DNA of 64,000 nt, taken from contig NC_059439.1 of the NCBI RefSeq assembly GCF_021028975.2, positions 24,056,001 to 24,120,000 of the forward strand, written 5' to 3'. Every line of letters begins with the position of its first letter. The stretch's first letter is position 1. Positions 51,709-64,000 of the stretch are shown in pieces. The DNA comes from Sphaerodactylus townsendi. Its lineage: Eukaryota. Under the pieces are notes generated by a model, which worked only from the letters and a program-made list of their open reading frames with translations, was not told the origin of the DNA and did not search any database. A program made the position numbers and the translations under genes.

Positions 51709-52724
51709 AGAAAGTACTTTGATAGTTACAGTACTTACTGAGCTAGAAACATTTCTCCCCTGGACAAAACAAACGGATGGAAGCCTTTCTTTTGCCCACC
51801 CCAGCTCTGGTTTGGGAGTTCCATCAACTGTACCTGGATAAGTTTGGACCTGGATATGGGGGTGATACTTCTTAGGGGGGGATGTGAAGACCCTGTTAAG
51901 AGCTATTAGCATTTCAGCTCTTCCCCCTGTTCTTACCATGAGACTCTGGAGTGGGCCAGGAGTAGGTGCCAACATGAGACCCCTTGGGTTGTTTTCTTTG
52001 GCTTTAAACACAAAGTAACTTTCTCATCCTTTGCGCTGATCAGCATGTGGCCTTATCTTTGGCTTGGCCTTGGAGGTTCTGAACTCCTTGGAAACACTTT
52101 CTGAAATTTCATCCTGCTAGGATCCCAAGGTTGGGGATCAGAGGGATGTTTCTGCAAAAGATATTAACTACAAAATGCTGTAGTGGAACTCAGTTGCAGC
52201 TTGCCTGGATCCTGTTTATAATATCCTGTCAATAAACTGATTTCTAAACTCAAGAGTCTGGTTATTGAAGGGGCTGACAGATCCTGACAGTAGCCAGGAT
52301 TAGATGGAAGGTTAGAAAGAAATTCCCATACTCGCTTCATACTTTAACATCATTTGAAGGGTTGAAGGTAGAATATTGACACACCCATGAGGCATCACTA
52401 CCTTCTGGTGTAAATGGCAGGAATATGTCATGTGTGCTGACAGTCACAGAAAACTGAAATGAAAATATACATACAAAAAGTGTTTGTAGTCCATTTTAGA
52501 ACCCATTTGACAAAGTGCATTTTTTAAATTCTTAACAATATGTCTTAGCATTTGAAATCGACCTGGAGTCTGCTTGATGTTCATCCAACCATTCAACATC
52601 AGTAATGCAAGAGGAAGTATTTTAGCCTGTTTGTATAATACATGAAGGGAGTTATGAAAGTTAGGTCAGAAGCAAATGAACAGTACAGACATTTTGCTTG
52701 ACTTAAAACACCTTTTTCTTTCAG

Positions 52725-53647
52725 ATATGGTTGATTGTTCCGAATGCTCAGCTGACCATTTTCCAAGCAAGAACCAGAATTATTGCATTCCCAAGAGAGT
52801 GAGCTTCTTGTCTTATCAAGAATCCCTGGGAGCTGGTTTTCTTTTTGTTGCTCTGATCCTTTCTTTCATTACAGTCCTGGTAGTTGGAATATTTATTAAG
52901 CACCACCACACCCCAATAGTGAAAGCCAACAACCGCAACCTGACATACGCTCTTCTGAGCTCACTTCTACTCTGCTTCCTCTGTGCCCTGCTATTCATTG
53001 GCAAACCTGAGAAGGTGGCATGTCTCCTCCGCCAAACAGCATTTGGCATCATTTTCTCCATTGCAGTTTCTTCTGTATTAGCAAAAACAATCACAGTGGT
53101 TGCCGCTTTCATGGCCACCGATCCTAGAAGCCGGATGAGGAAATGGGTGGGGAAAAGACTGTCCCTTTCTATTGTTCTTTCTTGCTCTTTGATTCAAGTA
53201 GGCATTTGTATCATTTGGCTAGTAATTTCTCCCCCTTTCCCAGATGTTGACATGCATTCAATGACAGAAGAAGTTGTATTAGAATGTAATGATGCCTCTC
53301 CTACTATGTTTTATTGTGTCTTGGGCTATATGGGCCTCCTGGCTAGCGTGAGCTTCCTGGTGGCTTTCTTTGCTCGGAAACTACCTGACAGTTTCAATGA
53401 AGCCAAGTTCATCACATTCAGCATGCTGATCTTTTGCACCGTTTGGTTGTCCTTTGTTCCAGCCTACCTGAGTATCAAAGGGAAATACGTGGTGGCTGTT
53501 GAGATCTTCTCTATCTTAGCCTCCAGTGCTGGCTTACTGGGTTGTATTTTTTTCCCCAAATGCTACATTATTGTAGTTAGGTCTAAGCTGAATAGCAGAG
53601 TACAGCTTAGAAGGAAAAAAATCAGTGAAGTAGTTGTAGTCACCTAA
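52725..53647 (+). CDS. V2R gene E exon 6 (7TM); 878 aa with an extended C-terminal tail
   Basis: tttcag|AT ATG; open; an A7 run (A5 in gene D) shifts the frame past the usual TGA. Confidence 0.92.
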
Positions 53648-53845
53648 ATGGATGATCTAAATTGTCATTTCATAATAATGAAATCATTTCACAGAAGTGT
53701 AAAATTGACAACTGTTACTGGCACAATTAAATAACTTTTCAAATCTTTTATTTTAATGAGACCAAGCAGAGAGGTCAGAATGTGTTTCTGCTACCGGTGG
53801 TTTAAAGGCATGGACAGGATAATTTATACACATAGTTCCTTCAGT

Positions 53846-54066
53846 ATATTGTCGAAGGCTTTCACAGCCGGAATCACTTGGGTGCTGTGTGGTTTCCGGG
53901 CTGTATGGCCGTGTTCTAGCAGCATTCTCTCCTGATGTTTCGCCTGCATCTGTGGCTGGAATCTTCAGAGGATCCTCTGAAGATGCCAGCCACAGATGCA
54001 GGCGGAACGTCAGGAGAGAATGCTGCTAGAACACGGCCATACAGCCCGGAAACCACACAGCACCCA
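53846..54066 (-). mobile_element. Penelope-like fold-back element 3' of gene E
   Basis: 12-bp TSD agttccttcagt; near-perfect ~95-bp arms centred on GGATCC (53970-53975); empty site visible 3' of gene A (~2125); both hammerhead cores carry point changes. Confidence 0.85.
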
Positions 54067-55526
54067 AGTTCCTTCAGTGTTCCTCAAACAACAGAAAGAT
54101 AACATGGAAAAATGAGTGGAAAGGATATACCCCTACCAGAAACTGAAGTGTTAATCAAAAATATAAATTTTGTTGGTTTCAAATTGCTTTCACTAAAGTA
54201 AGGCACTTAAATCTTTCTTTCAAAAAAAGATGATTTCCATTTCTTTAATACTCAGTAGAAAAACTGCAACACATTTCTGCTTTTAACGGTTTAACTGTAC
54301 AATCCAGAGATTTCTCTCTGGATACAGCACTGTTTTCTGCCAGTGGATTTACCCTTCTTGGGGCACTTAGCCCAGCAGAAGGGCAAATCTGCTGGCATCC
54401 AGCCATTGTGGAATATTAGGACACACGGCAGTGGCACCCAGCTCTATGCTGGTGCTTTTCTGCCACCCCGACCTTTATCAGCAGGGTGGAGACAGGGTGA
54501 GGGTGCTCCAGTGGAGGAGGGATCAGATATGCACCATAATTTTCGCAGCATATATCCGCTTTCCATTATGAGGAATTCTAAGGCTTCCCGGGCTTGAGGA
54601 AAGCCCTTTGGAAAGGGAAGGTTTGTGCTGGAGTGGTGCCATCCCCAGCTGCCAAGCTATCCTGGATTTGGGTGAAATGCACCGTTGTGGAAATCTTTAG
54701 ACACATTTCCTTCACCTCCACCCCCCATGATTTTTGAGTTTATTCAAAATGAATTTCAAAAATGCTTGATCAGTGAGTTTAACAGAATAGGTTACTTTTC
54801 TGCATAGTCTCGTTGGTGAAATATTGTTGTAAGGGATCATGAATAATATTCTCTCTGAGCTGGGATTATTTCTATAAAGTGGATGAAAAAACATCATGAT
54901 AGTCATTTTTTTTAAAAAAAATGTTCAAGTGGGGCTATACAATTCTTATGATTCCATTCATAACCTGCGGTCATTGTTATGCATTCTTTATGAAAATAAA
55001 ATGTAATGGATCATTAATTATGAGGACTTTGAATGAAATGGCTGGTCTGTTCTTTGTATTGTAGGAATGACTGGCACTAAAAGATTAAAAGAAAATATTT
55101 TTTCCTGTCTCTTTTTCTCTGTCACATACACACACAAACACACGTGCAAACACTGGTCAAAAAAATAGGAAAGGAACAGTTCACAGTTCACTGGAACAGC
55201 AATGGTGAAAATATGTCTAACGTCCTCTTTCAAATAAATAAGATAATTTTTCCTGGTGCTAGTTTAGATTTGCTGGGTTTTCCAAGAAAAATAACCATCC
55301 TGAAGACCTGTTCTCTAGGGATGTGCAGCCAGAAATGTACTAATCCAGATTTGATCCTAAGATACCTATTCATAAAGCTACACATTTTGCAACAGTAAAC
55401 ATACTTTTAGTCTGGTGGTTGTACTTTCACCTTACTTGATTGCATCCACCAGAATATTTCTTCAAATGGAAATATTTCTATTGGCAGACCATGTTTACTC
55501 CCCTTTTCTAGAAGCACTTGGGGAAC

Positions 55527-56478
55527 ATTGCCTTGTCAATGGAGAGCCAGGTGGCCCAGGTGGCCCATGTTACCCAGGTTGCGTTCTTTCATCTTTGCCA
55601 GGCACGGCGGTTGGCTCCCTATCTCTCCCAGACCGACCTGGCCACTGTGATCCATGCGACAGTCACCTCGCGGTTAGATTACTGTAACTCGCTTTACGCG
55701 GGCCTTCCCTTGCGATTGATCCAGAAGTTGTAGCTGGTCCAGAATGCAGCGGCACGGCTTTTGACAGGTGGTGATTACTCAGACCATATCACCCCTGTGG
55801 TACGCCGTCTGCACTGGCTCCCAGTGGAGTTCCGGATCGTCTTCAAGGTGCTGGTAATAACCTTTAAGGCCTTACGTGGCATGGGGCCCTCATATCTACG
55901 GGACCGCATCACCCCTTATGTCCCACATAGGCCACTGCGCTCGGCAGTGGCAGAATTGCTGGTGACCCCTAGCCCCGCGACGATGCGGCTGGCCTCGACC
56001 CCAGGCCAGGGCCTTTACGGCTCTGGCCCCAGCCTGGTGGAATACCTTACCTCCATCAGTCCGGGCCCTGCGGGATCTTGGCGAGTTCCGCAGGGCCTGT
56101 AAGACAGTATTATTCCACCGGGCCTTTGGAGAGGCTGGCCGCTGCTCCCATTGCCCCCCCACTGAAACTCTGCCGAATTTCCATCTTTGTCATCTTGGTT
56201 GGGCCTGCTGTGACTCCATCTGGGCCCACCTGTTCCCTCCCTTTCTTCTTTCATCTTTTCCTTGCTTTTAGCCTTAGGAACGGGCACCTGTTTGAACTGT
56301 TTTATACTGTTTGAATGGCTTGGATTATTTAAATTATATGTAACTGCTGCCGGAGTTTTAATGTTTAAGTTATGTTGTTGAGTTGCTGTTAATAACAGCC
56401 ATGTTGTTGAGCCGCCTCGAGCCCTCCGGGGAAGAGGTGGCCTATAAATCTAAAATATAAATAAAATAAATAAATAAA
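55527..56478 (+). mobile_element. L2-clade LINE 3' fragment
   Basis: SRLDYCNSLYAGLP, HITPV..LHWLPV motifs; (TAAA)n tail. Confidence 0.85.
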
Positions 56479-56583
56479 ACATTTTGGGTTACAGCAGAAG
56501 GAGGGGGGCAAGAAGGATGAATTCTGCAGACCCATAGTCCTTCCATCTTGTGAACAATTTTACTGTATATATTTGTTTTCAGC

Positions 56584-57369
56584 CCATTCTGTTCCCTATG
56601 CGGCCCTGTGCTTAGAAACAGGCCAGCATCGGCTGGAAACTCTGGCCTGGTGCCGTACATTCAAGTTTTGGGCCAGGATTTGTTTTAATCGAGATGAACT
56701 GGACTATACATCCCAGGGACGCTCCATCCTCCACACAACCCAGTGGTGGGTTAAAATCGAAGCCAAACTTAATTAGTTGGGCATTTCCTTGGAGGGCGTG
56801 CTAATGCTAACAGAGCAGGAGGTCTATGGAGCTATCAAGAAGAGACTTTTTGACAGAGAGTTTCAACAGATGCTAGAGGAAGCTAATAAAACCTGTTCCC
56901 TGATCTCTCTGGGAATACCTATGGATAGACTAATTGCAGCCCAGTACCTTTATCTCCTGGTTGAGGCCCGGTGGCATAGAGCAATCACCTTAGCTAGGTG
57001 TAATGCCCTGCCTTCTTCCTTTAGCCTTGGACGCCACCTTGGAATCCCACATAAAGAAAGGAAATGCCCGTGTGGCATGGGTTCTGTGGAAACAGTATCT
57101 CATATGCTGTTGGATTGTCCTTTTTATGAGATAGGTAGGAAGAAGCACATAATCCCCTTCCTGCATGGAAGTGAAGGCATTACAGATAAACAGAAGGTTA
57201 TATATCTTTTAAACAGCCACAACTACGAGCTGTTGGAAGCGGTGGCTAAATTTTTAAATGGTGTTATTTTAACTCGTCAGAAATTGTAAAGTTGTAAAGG
57301 CTGTTATTATCTTGCTAAGCTAATCTTAAACAATTTATATGCCATTAAAGGTATTCCAAATCGAATCGA
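56584..57369 (+). mobile_element. Non-LTR retrotransposon 3' fragment with a C-terminal Cys/His knuckle (RTEX-like; clade uncertain)
   Basis: CPC..ETVSHMLLDC motif in the 170-aa ORF; 15-bp TSD atatttgttttcagc. Confidence 0.75.
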
Positions 57370-57607
57370 ATATTTGTTTTCAGCAAAAGAGAAGAAGAGA
57401 GTGAATGAGCAGATATGTTCCTAATTTGGATGTTGATTAACAAGCACAGTTAGACCATCTTCCCCCAAAACATGATTGGCCCAAATCGGGAGGATTTTTT
57501 TTTAAAGTGTACAGTGCTCCTTTGTATGCAAATCATTGTATTGTATCATTTACTTGGGATGCCATTTTCATTCTGAATGCACATGGTTCTTTGTTGAAAT
57601 TCTCTCA

Positions 57608-57737
57608 GGCTCATTCCGCACACACAGAATAATGCACTTTCAAGCTGCTTTCAGGGCTCTTTGAAGCTGTGCGGAATGGCAAAAACAGTTGTGAAAGCAG
57701 CTTGAAAGTGCATTATTTTGCGTGTGCGGAATGAGCC
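57608..57737. mobile_element. Harbinger-type MITE
   Basis: TSD tca/tca; both ends read ggctcattccgcac. Confidence 0.85.
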
Positions 57738-58579
57738 TCAGACTCTATGGCTTGTTAGGCACTTTGGAGCCACAAGGAACCCAATTGCACCAGTAAATTG
57801 CTCCTCCACTACTGTGCTTACCCCTTGCATTGATGGAATGAGCACTCATGCTGGAACAGGGGGGTGCAAGCTATCTCCAAAGGGAATACTTCCCCCCCCT
57901 TAGATTGGGCTGTAAGTTTTCTATTTTTTACTATCATTGTTACCATCTGAAACAAACTTGTTTCTTCATTGAATCCTGGATTTTATTTCTTTTTTCTCAA
58001 AATTGTTCAGAGTAGCATATGTGGTCTTTCCTGATAGTGGTTGTGTGAATTTTGACTTGGTGAAGTTAGTATTTCATTGTGAAAAGTTCATTGGCATACA
58101 GATCTCTATGACTATCTTTGAAAATAATAGTGTTTGGACATTAAAAAATCACTTGTCCATTAGGAATTCCACTGACAGATAAGAAGTTGGGCTCCCTGTA
58201 ATTACCAAAAGGACTGTAATTAACTCTATGACTTCCTGAATTTTCCTGCAGATAACAAGCAGCAGCCAGGAACAGAAGTGGTTAGAACTACACTGGCAGG
58301 AGGCATATCCTCCTGTTTGTTACAGAACTGGAGACAGCAAGTAGTCTGCTGGGGTGATTTATGCCACATTATATTGAAACTCTTGACTTCAGGTGAATTG
58401 GTGTTCACCTGTTCCCTATTCATGACAATGTAATCATAGGAAGTTATCCTCTTCTTGTAATCAAAGGTGGCACACATTGAACAATAGAAAGTGCTAGCAC
58501 TACAGCACCATTATATGCGTGTTACTGCTATAGATGCAAACTGGGGAGCTGATTATCAGAGATAAAGTTTGAACTTAAG

Positions 58580-58797
58580 ATGCTGATATTAGTAATGGTG
58601 GTGTTACTGATCTTTGGTCGTGTTGTGGGCAAGGGTCGTGTTATTCCGTGTGCTGCTGTGGATAGCTTACCCATTCTTCATAAGTATCTTCAGCCAGGAG
58701 ACCTCAACATTGGTGCCCTTGTATCTCAGACAAGTTTTGCCACCAGTCCAAAAGACTTCAAGTGCCAACCTGCTGGGATACTATCTGAAGACTTTGT
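58580..58797 (+). CDS. V2R gene F exon 1
   Basis: ATG MLILVMVVLLIFG; YLQPGD; GT|gtacgt; 218 bp. Confidence 0.9.
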
Positions 58798-59398
58798 GTA
58801 CGTAATTAACGATTTATTTTTTTTAAAAAAAGAATATGACAAGTTTATATTTTCTGACTGAATAATCAAACATGTTCCCCCCAAATTTTGCTGTTTCCAT
58901 TTCCAGAGATTGTATCAGACCAAGATCTTAATCACTATGACATATAGAGACATCTCAAGGTGGGAGGGATGTCAAAGTCAACCCCAGGATTTTCTCTAAT
59001 GGAAGAGGTTGCTCGGGATTGTAGGAAAACTGAGGATTTGGTCAATGTGATAGTGTGGTATCCAAGCATGTGGTGATCATGGTGCTATTTCATCAAGACA
59101 CCTAACATGATGGAATCAATTAAAATACATACCTTCCTTGGCATGTACAGGTAACCCTATGCTGCTAAGAACATAAACATTTAACACTGCACTTAATAAG
59201 TCAAAATCATCAGTCACAAAGCTTGGTCCATCTATTAATGCTCCATTTCTTAATATTGTTATGTTGAAAGAGGTCAAGCTGGATATATATTTACTAAATA
59301 ATTCTGTTTAGTCATCATTTGTGTATGCCATCAGCATCAACCTTGATTAGGTATATACAAAAACTCTAGTGGTTTATAAAAGATTTATCATTTACATA

Positions 59399-59630
59399 CC
59401 CTGTTTCCCTGAATATAAGACATCCCCAGAAAATAAGACGTAGTAGAGGTTTTGCTGAAGTGCGAAATATAAGGCATCCCCCGAAAGTAAGACGTAGCAA
59501 AGTTTTTGTTTGGAAGCATGCCTGAAGAACAGAATACAGAAATATAAGACATCCCCTGAAAATAAGACATAGCACATCTTTGGGAGCAAAAATTAATATA
59601 AGACACTGTCTTATATTCGGGGAAACACAG
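59399..59630. mobile_element. Tc1/mariner (pogo/Tigger-like) MITE
   Basis: TA TSD; ~23-bp TIR tgtttccc.gaatataagaca; internal aaataagac repeats. Confidence 0.8.
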
Positions 59631-59686
59631 TAGCAATGTTGTAGTCAAGAAAAAAACACAAAGAGAATAGTACCAAATATAGTGCA

Positions 59687-60225
59687 TTAGGAATAAACTT
59701 CAATCACTTGCCAGAAAAGTTTAGCTACTTTTTCCAGCACCACAACATCTGAATTATTTAACAGGAGCCCCACAGTACAGCTGTCAGGGTCTCTTGCAGT
59801 TTTGCCTAAAACCAGGCAATGATGAGAATTTCTAATATTCACATATCTTGGACAGTCAAGTATAATATGCGTAAGAGTCTCCATTTGATTCTTGAAGTGT
59901 GGACTGTTGAACCTGTTCTTGGAAAGGGATACATAAATACCCTTAGTCACCACCGATGGTAAAGTGATGCATCTAGCCCTTGTAGTAATCCATCTTTGTT
60001 GGGGTTCAGTCAATAGCCCAAGATATTTACTTCTTCACCCATGTTCAGGTATTATTCCAAAAGGAAGGAGTGAGCAGATTCATTAGCTTGCCCCAATAAG
60101 AGATGGTATTCTTGATCTAAGAGTCTGCTTTTTAAGGTTTGAGATATCTCACTAAGTGACAACATACGTAGATCTTCAAGTGATAAACCCATAGTGTTTT
60201 TAGATTCTATCTGGAGGGCATTTGT
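59687..60225 (-). mobile_element. Degenerate non-LTR 3' fragment (same type)
   Basis: ETLTHIILDCPRY motif. Confidence 0.6.
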
Positions 60226-60240
60226 ATTTACATACATCAC

Positions 60241-60277
60241 AACCAGTTGAATCCAGCCGTGAAAGCCTTCGACAATA
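60241..60277 (+). mobile_element. Penelope-like tail-only micro-insertion
   Basis: ccgtgaaagccttcgacaata flanked by TSD catacatcac. Confidence 0.7.
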
Positions 60278-60937
60278 CATACATCACTATCTTTGTATTT
60301 TTTAATCTAACGTGGAATATATGGGTGCAGTGAGAAGGAGCACACTGGTATGGAGTGGCATCTTTCAAACCTTGTAGATGGTTTCTGGTACCTCAGGGCA
60401 GAGAGATGAAGCTTGGCACCTCTTTGCACTTAGTGATTGTTGCAGGCTGTGAGAAAGAAGGCTAAAAGAGGCACAAGCAAACTTGGGAGCCAGAGGGGAA
60501 CTTCCCCCTTCTCCCAAATCTCCAATCCATAGCAGAGGCCATTCTCAAAAGTATAAGGTCTTTTGAATAAGTAGTGATATAGACCAATGACTTAATGATC
60601 TGAACTAGTAAACAAACCAAGGTGAACCCTTACATGCTTATCTTGTGTGAAAGGATATTTAAATCTGATACTGGAGATGGGAGGCACAATATAATTGAAG
60701 GAGATTATACATTTCTGAATCCTGGGGCAATAACAATGTTGTCAGTCATGGTTACTAGAAATATGAACCATCATTCAGGTATTACATGCACAGCTAAGCC
60801 TTGAATAATAATTGCCACACAAATGTCGGCTGGAGGTTTCACAATACAATAGTAATCAAAAAGTTTTATGGCTTAGTGATGTTAATTTTGCAAACAAAGA
60901 ATATGTGCATGATGAAAACTTTAAATCTTTGTTGTAG

Positions 60938-61229
60938 GTTGATTCCTCAGAACTACCAGCATATTCTGGCTTTGGCATTTGCTGTCAAGGAGATCAACGA
61001 AAATCCACAGATCTTGCCAAATCTCACCCTGGGGTTTCACATTTATGACAGCTACCTGAATCCAAGATTGACACACCGTGCTGCTCTACAACATATTTCC
61101 CCAAGGAACAGATTTATCCCCAACTATAGGTGTGATATCCAGGACAATGTAGAAGCAATCCTTGAGGACATTAATACAGAAAATTCAGAACTTGTCCATG
61201 ATCTTTTGAGGATGTACAGGATCCCACAG
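60938..61229 (+). CDS. V2R gene F exon 2
   Basis: ttgtag|G ... CAG|gtaga; 292 bp open. Confidence 0.92.
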
Positions 61230-61751
61230 GTAGACAAATGGTCTGGGATAAATAATTTTGCCAGTTATTTACCTGCACCATTACAGATCAGATGCTGATT
61301 TATTGCTACATTATCATGGTCTGATTTAATCTGTTTTGTTTGACAACAGAATGTGGTATAAGCATTCCTTTACAGATTCTTCTCTTCCTTTCTACCCCTT
61401 CATGTTAGTATTCATCTCTGAAGTAGTTCTAGATGAATGTTCTGAAAAAAATTCTATTTTTTTAAAGTATCCCTTAAATTCATTATCAAAATTACTTTAC
61501 ATACTGTATGCAGTTCATACGACATTTCTGGAGTGGGTAAACATTTCTGGAGTGGGATGGATTATTTCTACTCTCATAGCATATCATGATTTGAATCATG
61601 TAACATTGCTGAATAACAGTTCAATTGTGCATTAATGTCAGCCTTTTTCTAATGATTAGAAAGTACATTTTGGGAACAAAACACAGTCCTTTATTGGCAC
61701 ATTACTACAGATATCTCTGAAATAGCATAACATCCAAGGATGAATTTTCCA

Positions 61752-62352
61752 TATACCTTCGTGATCGTCTCACCCCATATGTCCCGGGTAGGCCTCTGCG
61801 GTCAGCAGAGGCAAATTTACTGGTGGCCCCTGGCCCCTCCATGATGCGGCTGGCCTCTACTCGGGCCAGGGCTTTTACGGCCCTGGCCCCTGCCTGGTGG
61901 AACACCCTTCCATCAGAGGTGCGGGCCCTGTGGGATCTTGGTGAATTCCGCAGGGCCTGTAAAACAGTTCTGTTCCACCGGGCTTTTGGTGAGGCCAGCC
62001 ACCGATTCCCCCTCTAGGATGCCCTTGTGTTGCGTGCCATGATTGGTACGCCTGATACCATCTAATCAGTACTGTCCCCTCTTGGCCTTGGGATCGGGCG
62101 CCACATATATTATTGCTGCTGCTGTGTTTTATGGTTTTAGATTTGTAAATTGTTTTAAATTACCTAAGTTTTATGTGCAAAATGTCGTTTTTAGCCTGCT
62201 GTGTTTAATGTTATTATGTATTGTCGTTGCAGGCCTCCTGTACACCGCCCAGAGCCCTTCGGGGATGGGCGGTTTAAAATCCAATGAATGAATGAATGAA
62301 TGAATGAATGAATGAATGAATGAATGAATGAATGAATGAATGAATGAATGAA
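61752..62352 (+). mobile_element. L2-clade LINE 3' fragment with (GAAT)n tail
   Basis: Homologous to ~55895-56140; empty site in gene E intron 2 (cacttccata|tcattaaa). Confidence 0.85.
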
Positions 62353-62988
62353 TATCATTAAATCAAGCCAGAATCGCAATGAGGAATAGTTTGAGTTCCT
62401 CTTGCCTTCAAACCCTGGAGGACAGGAAGTTGGAGCTATACATATTTTGGTGCTGTCTGTGTATGCATTCACATGCAGTATTTGCATGTTTTGTCTATAT
62501 TCCTCTGGTTGATAGAGCAAGTAGGCAGCAAGAAGCTGTTAATGGACCTAGGCGCTGGAGGTGCTACTTTGCTTTCTCCCTGAAAAAGCCATTTGCTTCT
62601 CAATAGTATTGCTACAGGGTGGGGACATTTTTACTGACTTGTACATTCAGGTATGCTTTGCACAAAGGATCCCACCAGGTGGTCAGATTTATAGCATCAA
62701 CTTTGACCTTCTACAAATGTGGCAAAGTTATCCTAAGTTTAATGGTTACATGGAAATAGATGTGAGTTTAGCTGGTTAGTTTGATGTTGAGAGAAATAGT
62801 TTTTCATTAACCTGCTTCAACAAAACCATCTCTATTTTTGCCAGTAATTTCACAAATAAGTTTATTTTACAAAGTAATATATTAAAGTAATATGAACTGG
62901 TTCTTAAATTGCTGTATATTAACACTGGTTTTGGCAAGCTCAGCCAATGACTAGATACACATCTTAATTTTTTAAATATCATATATCA

Positions 62989-63612
62989 TCCAGTTCTGGT
63001 CGCCGCATCTCAAAAAGGATATTGAGGAGATAGAAAAAGTGCAGAGAAGGGCAACAAGGATGATTGAGGGACTGAAGCACCTTCCCTATGAGGAGAGGCT
63101 GCAGCGTTTGGGACTCTTTAGTTTGGAGAGGAGGCGGCTGAGGGGGGATATGATTGAAGTCTACAAAATTATGCATGGGGTAGAAAAATGCCACAGAGAG
63201 AAATGTTTCTCTCTTTCTCACAATACTAGAACCAGGGGGCATTCATTGAAAATGCTGGGGGGAAGAATTAGGACTAATAAAAGGAAACACTTCTTCACGC
63301 AACGTGTGATTGGTGTTTGGAATATGCTGCCACAGGAGGTGGTGATGGCCACTAACCTGGATAGCTTTAAAAGGGGCTTGGACAGATTTGTGGAGGAGAA
63401 GTTAATTTATGGCTACCAATCTTGATCCTCTTTGATCTGAGATTGCAAATGCCTTAACAGACCAGGTGATCGGGAGCAACAACCACAGAAGGCCATTGCG
63501 TTCACATCCTACATGTGAGCTCCCAAAGGCACCTGGTGGGCCACTGCGAGTAGCAGAGAGCTGGACTAGATGGACTTTGGTCTGATCCAGCTGGCTTGTT
63601 CTTATGTTCTTA
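62989..63612 (+). mobile_element. CR1 LINE 3' fragment
   Basis: QRRATRMI...YEERLQRLGLFSLERRRLRGD; same 3' UTR and tail as the 39298 copy. Confidence 0.9.
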
Positions 63613-63710
63613 GGTTCTCTTTAATTATGTTTTTATGGTCCTTATAAGAAACCATAAAATAAACCGCTGCATGAAAATACACCTCTTTCATTTTTAAAAT
63701 CTATCTTTAG

Positions 63711-64000
63711 ATCTTATATGGTCCTGCTCCAGTGATGATGGATAAAAACCAACTCCCATCCTTCTATACGATGGTCCCTAGTAAAATACAGCAGTTCCTG
63801 GGGATTCTCCAATTACTTCTCCATTTCAACTGGACATGGATTGGGTTTTTTACTTTGATTGGTGAGAATTTAGAATGGTTCGTACAGAGGATGTTTCCAG
63901 TCTTTTCCCAATATGGCATTTGTTTTGCCTTCATGTATTCACCACCCAACGTGAAAGGCAACAATTATATGACAAAATCTATTAAAGACTTTCTAGAAGT
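63711..64000 (+). CDS. V2R gene F exon 3 (5' part; runs off the window)
   Basis: ctttag|ATC; open to the window end, ILYGPAPVMMD...LLLHFNWTWIG. Confidence 0.9.
   Translation, partial: MLYGPAPVMMDKNQLPSFYTMVPSKIQQFLGILQLLLHFNWTWIGFFTLIGENLEWFVQRMFPVFSQYGICFAFMYSPPNVKGNNYMTKSIKDFLE

Noticed and set aside
53973-54015. Active hammerhead ribozyme 3' of gene E
   Set aside because: The core GAAA is mutated to GGAA on the + strand and the motif is locked in a near-perfect ~95-bp hairpin
56777-57289. 170-aa ORF with a Cys/His motif as a host zinc-finger gene
   Set aside because: C-terminus of a TSD-flanked, 5'-truncated non-LTR retrotransposon; degenerate relatives at ~31000 and ~59700

Overview
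Vertebrate genomic DNA, not prokaryotic. The repeat content (tRNA-derived Squam3-like SINE, CR1/L2/L1/RTE LINE fragments, hAT/Harbinger/Tc1 MITEs, Penelope-like fragments) points to a squamate reptile, possibly a gecko; the species cannot be determined from sequence alone. The window is part of a head-to-tail cluster of vomeronasal type-2 receptor (V2R, class C GPCR) paralogues, all on the + strand, labelled A-F here. Gene A: last exon only, with frameshifts near its end. Gene B (4974-17152), gene D (24255-36762) and gene E (42157-53647): complete six-exon genes. Gene C: an orphan promoter plus exon 1 (20348-20565) next to a 92-N assembly gap. Gene F: exons 1-2 and the start of exon 3. Exon sizes are conserved (218/292/849/228/127/902 bp; exon 6 of E is 923 bp) with GT-AG boundaries and matching phases, giving 871 aa (B, D) and 878 aa (E). 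Most notable: (i) short Penelope-like fold-back insertions carrying minimal type I hammerhead ribozyme motifs, two of them with intact cores in sense orientation inside gene B introns; (ii) CpG-rich Harbinger-type elements whose internal palindrome keeps its symmetry while changing sequence; (iii) orphan exon 1 C, phase-compatible with gene D; (iv) mosaic or gene-conversion signals and altered ligand-pocket motifs; (v) a conserved homeodomain-rich promoter block. Several patches look like low-accuracy long-read sequence, so some lesions may be assembly errors. I found no convincing wholly new protein-coding system.
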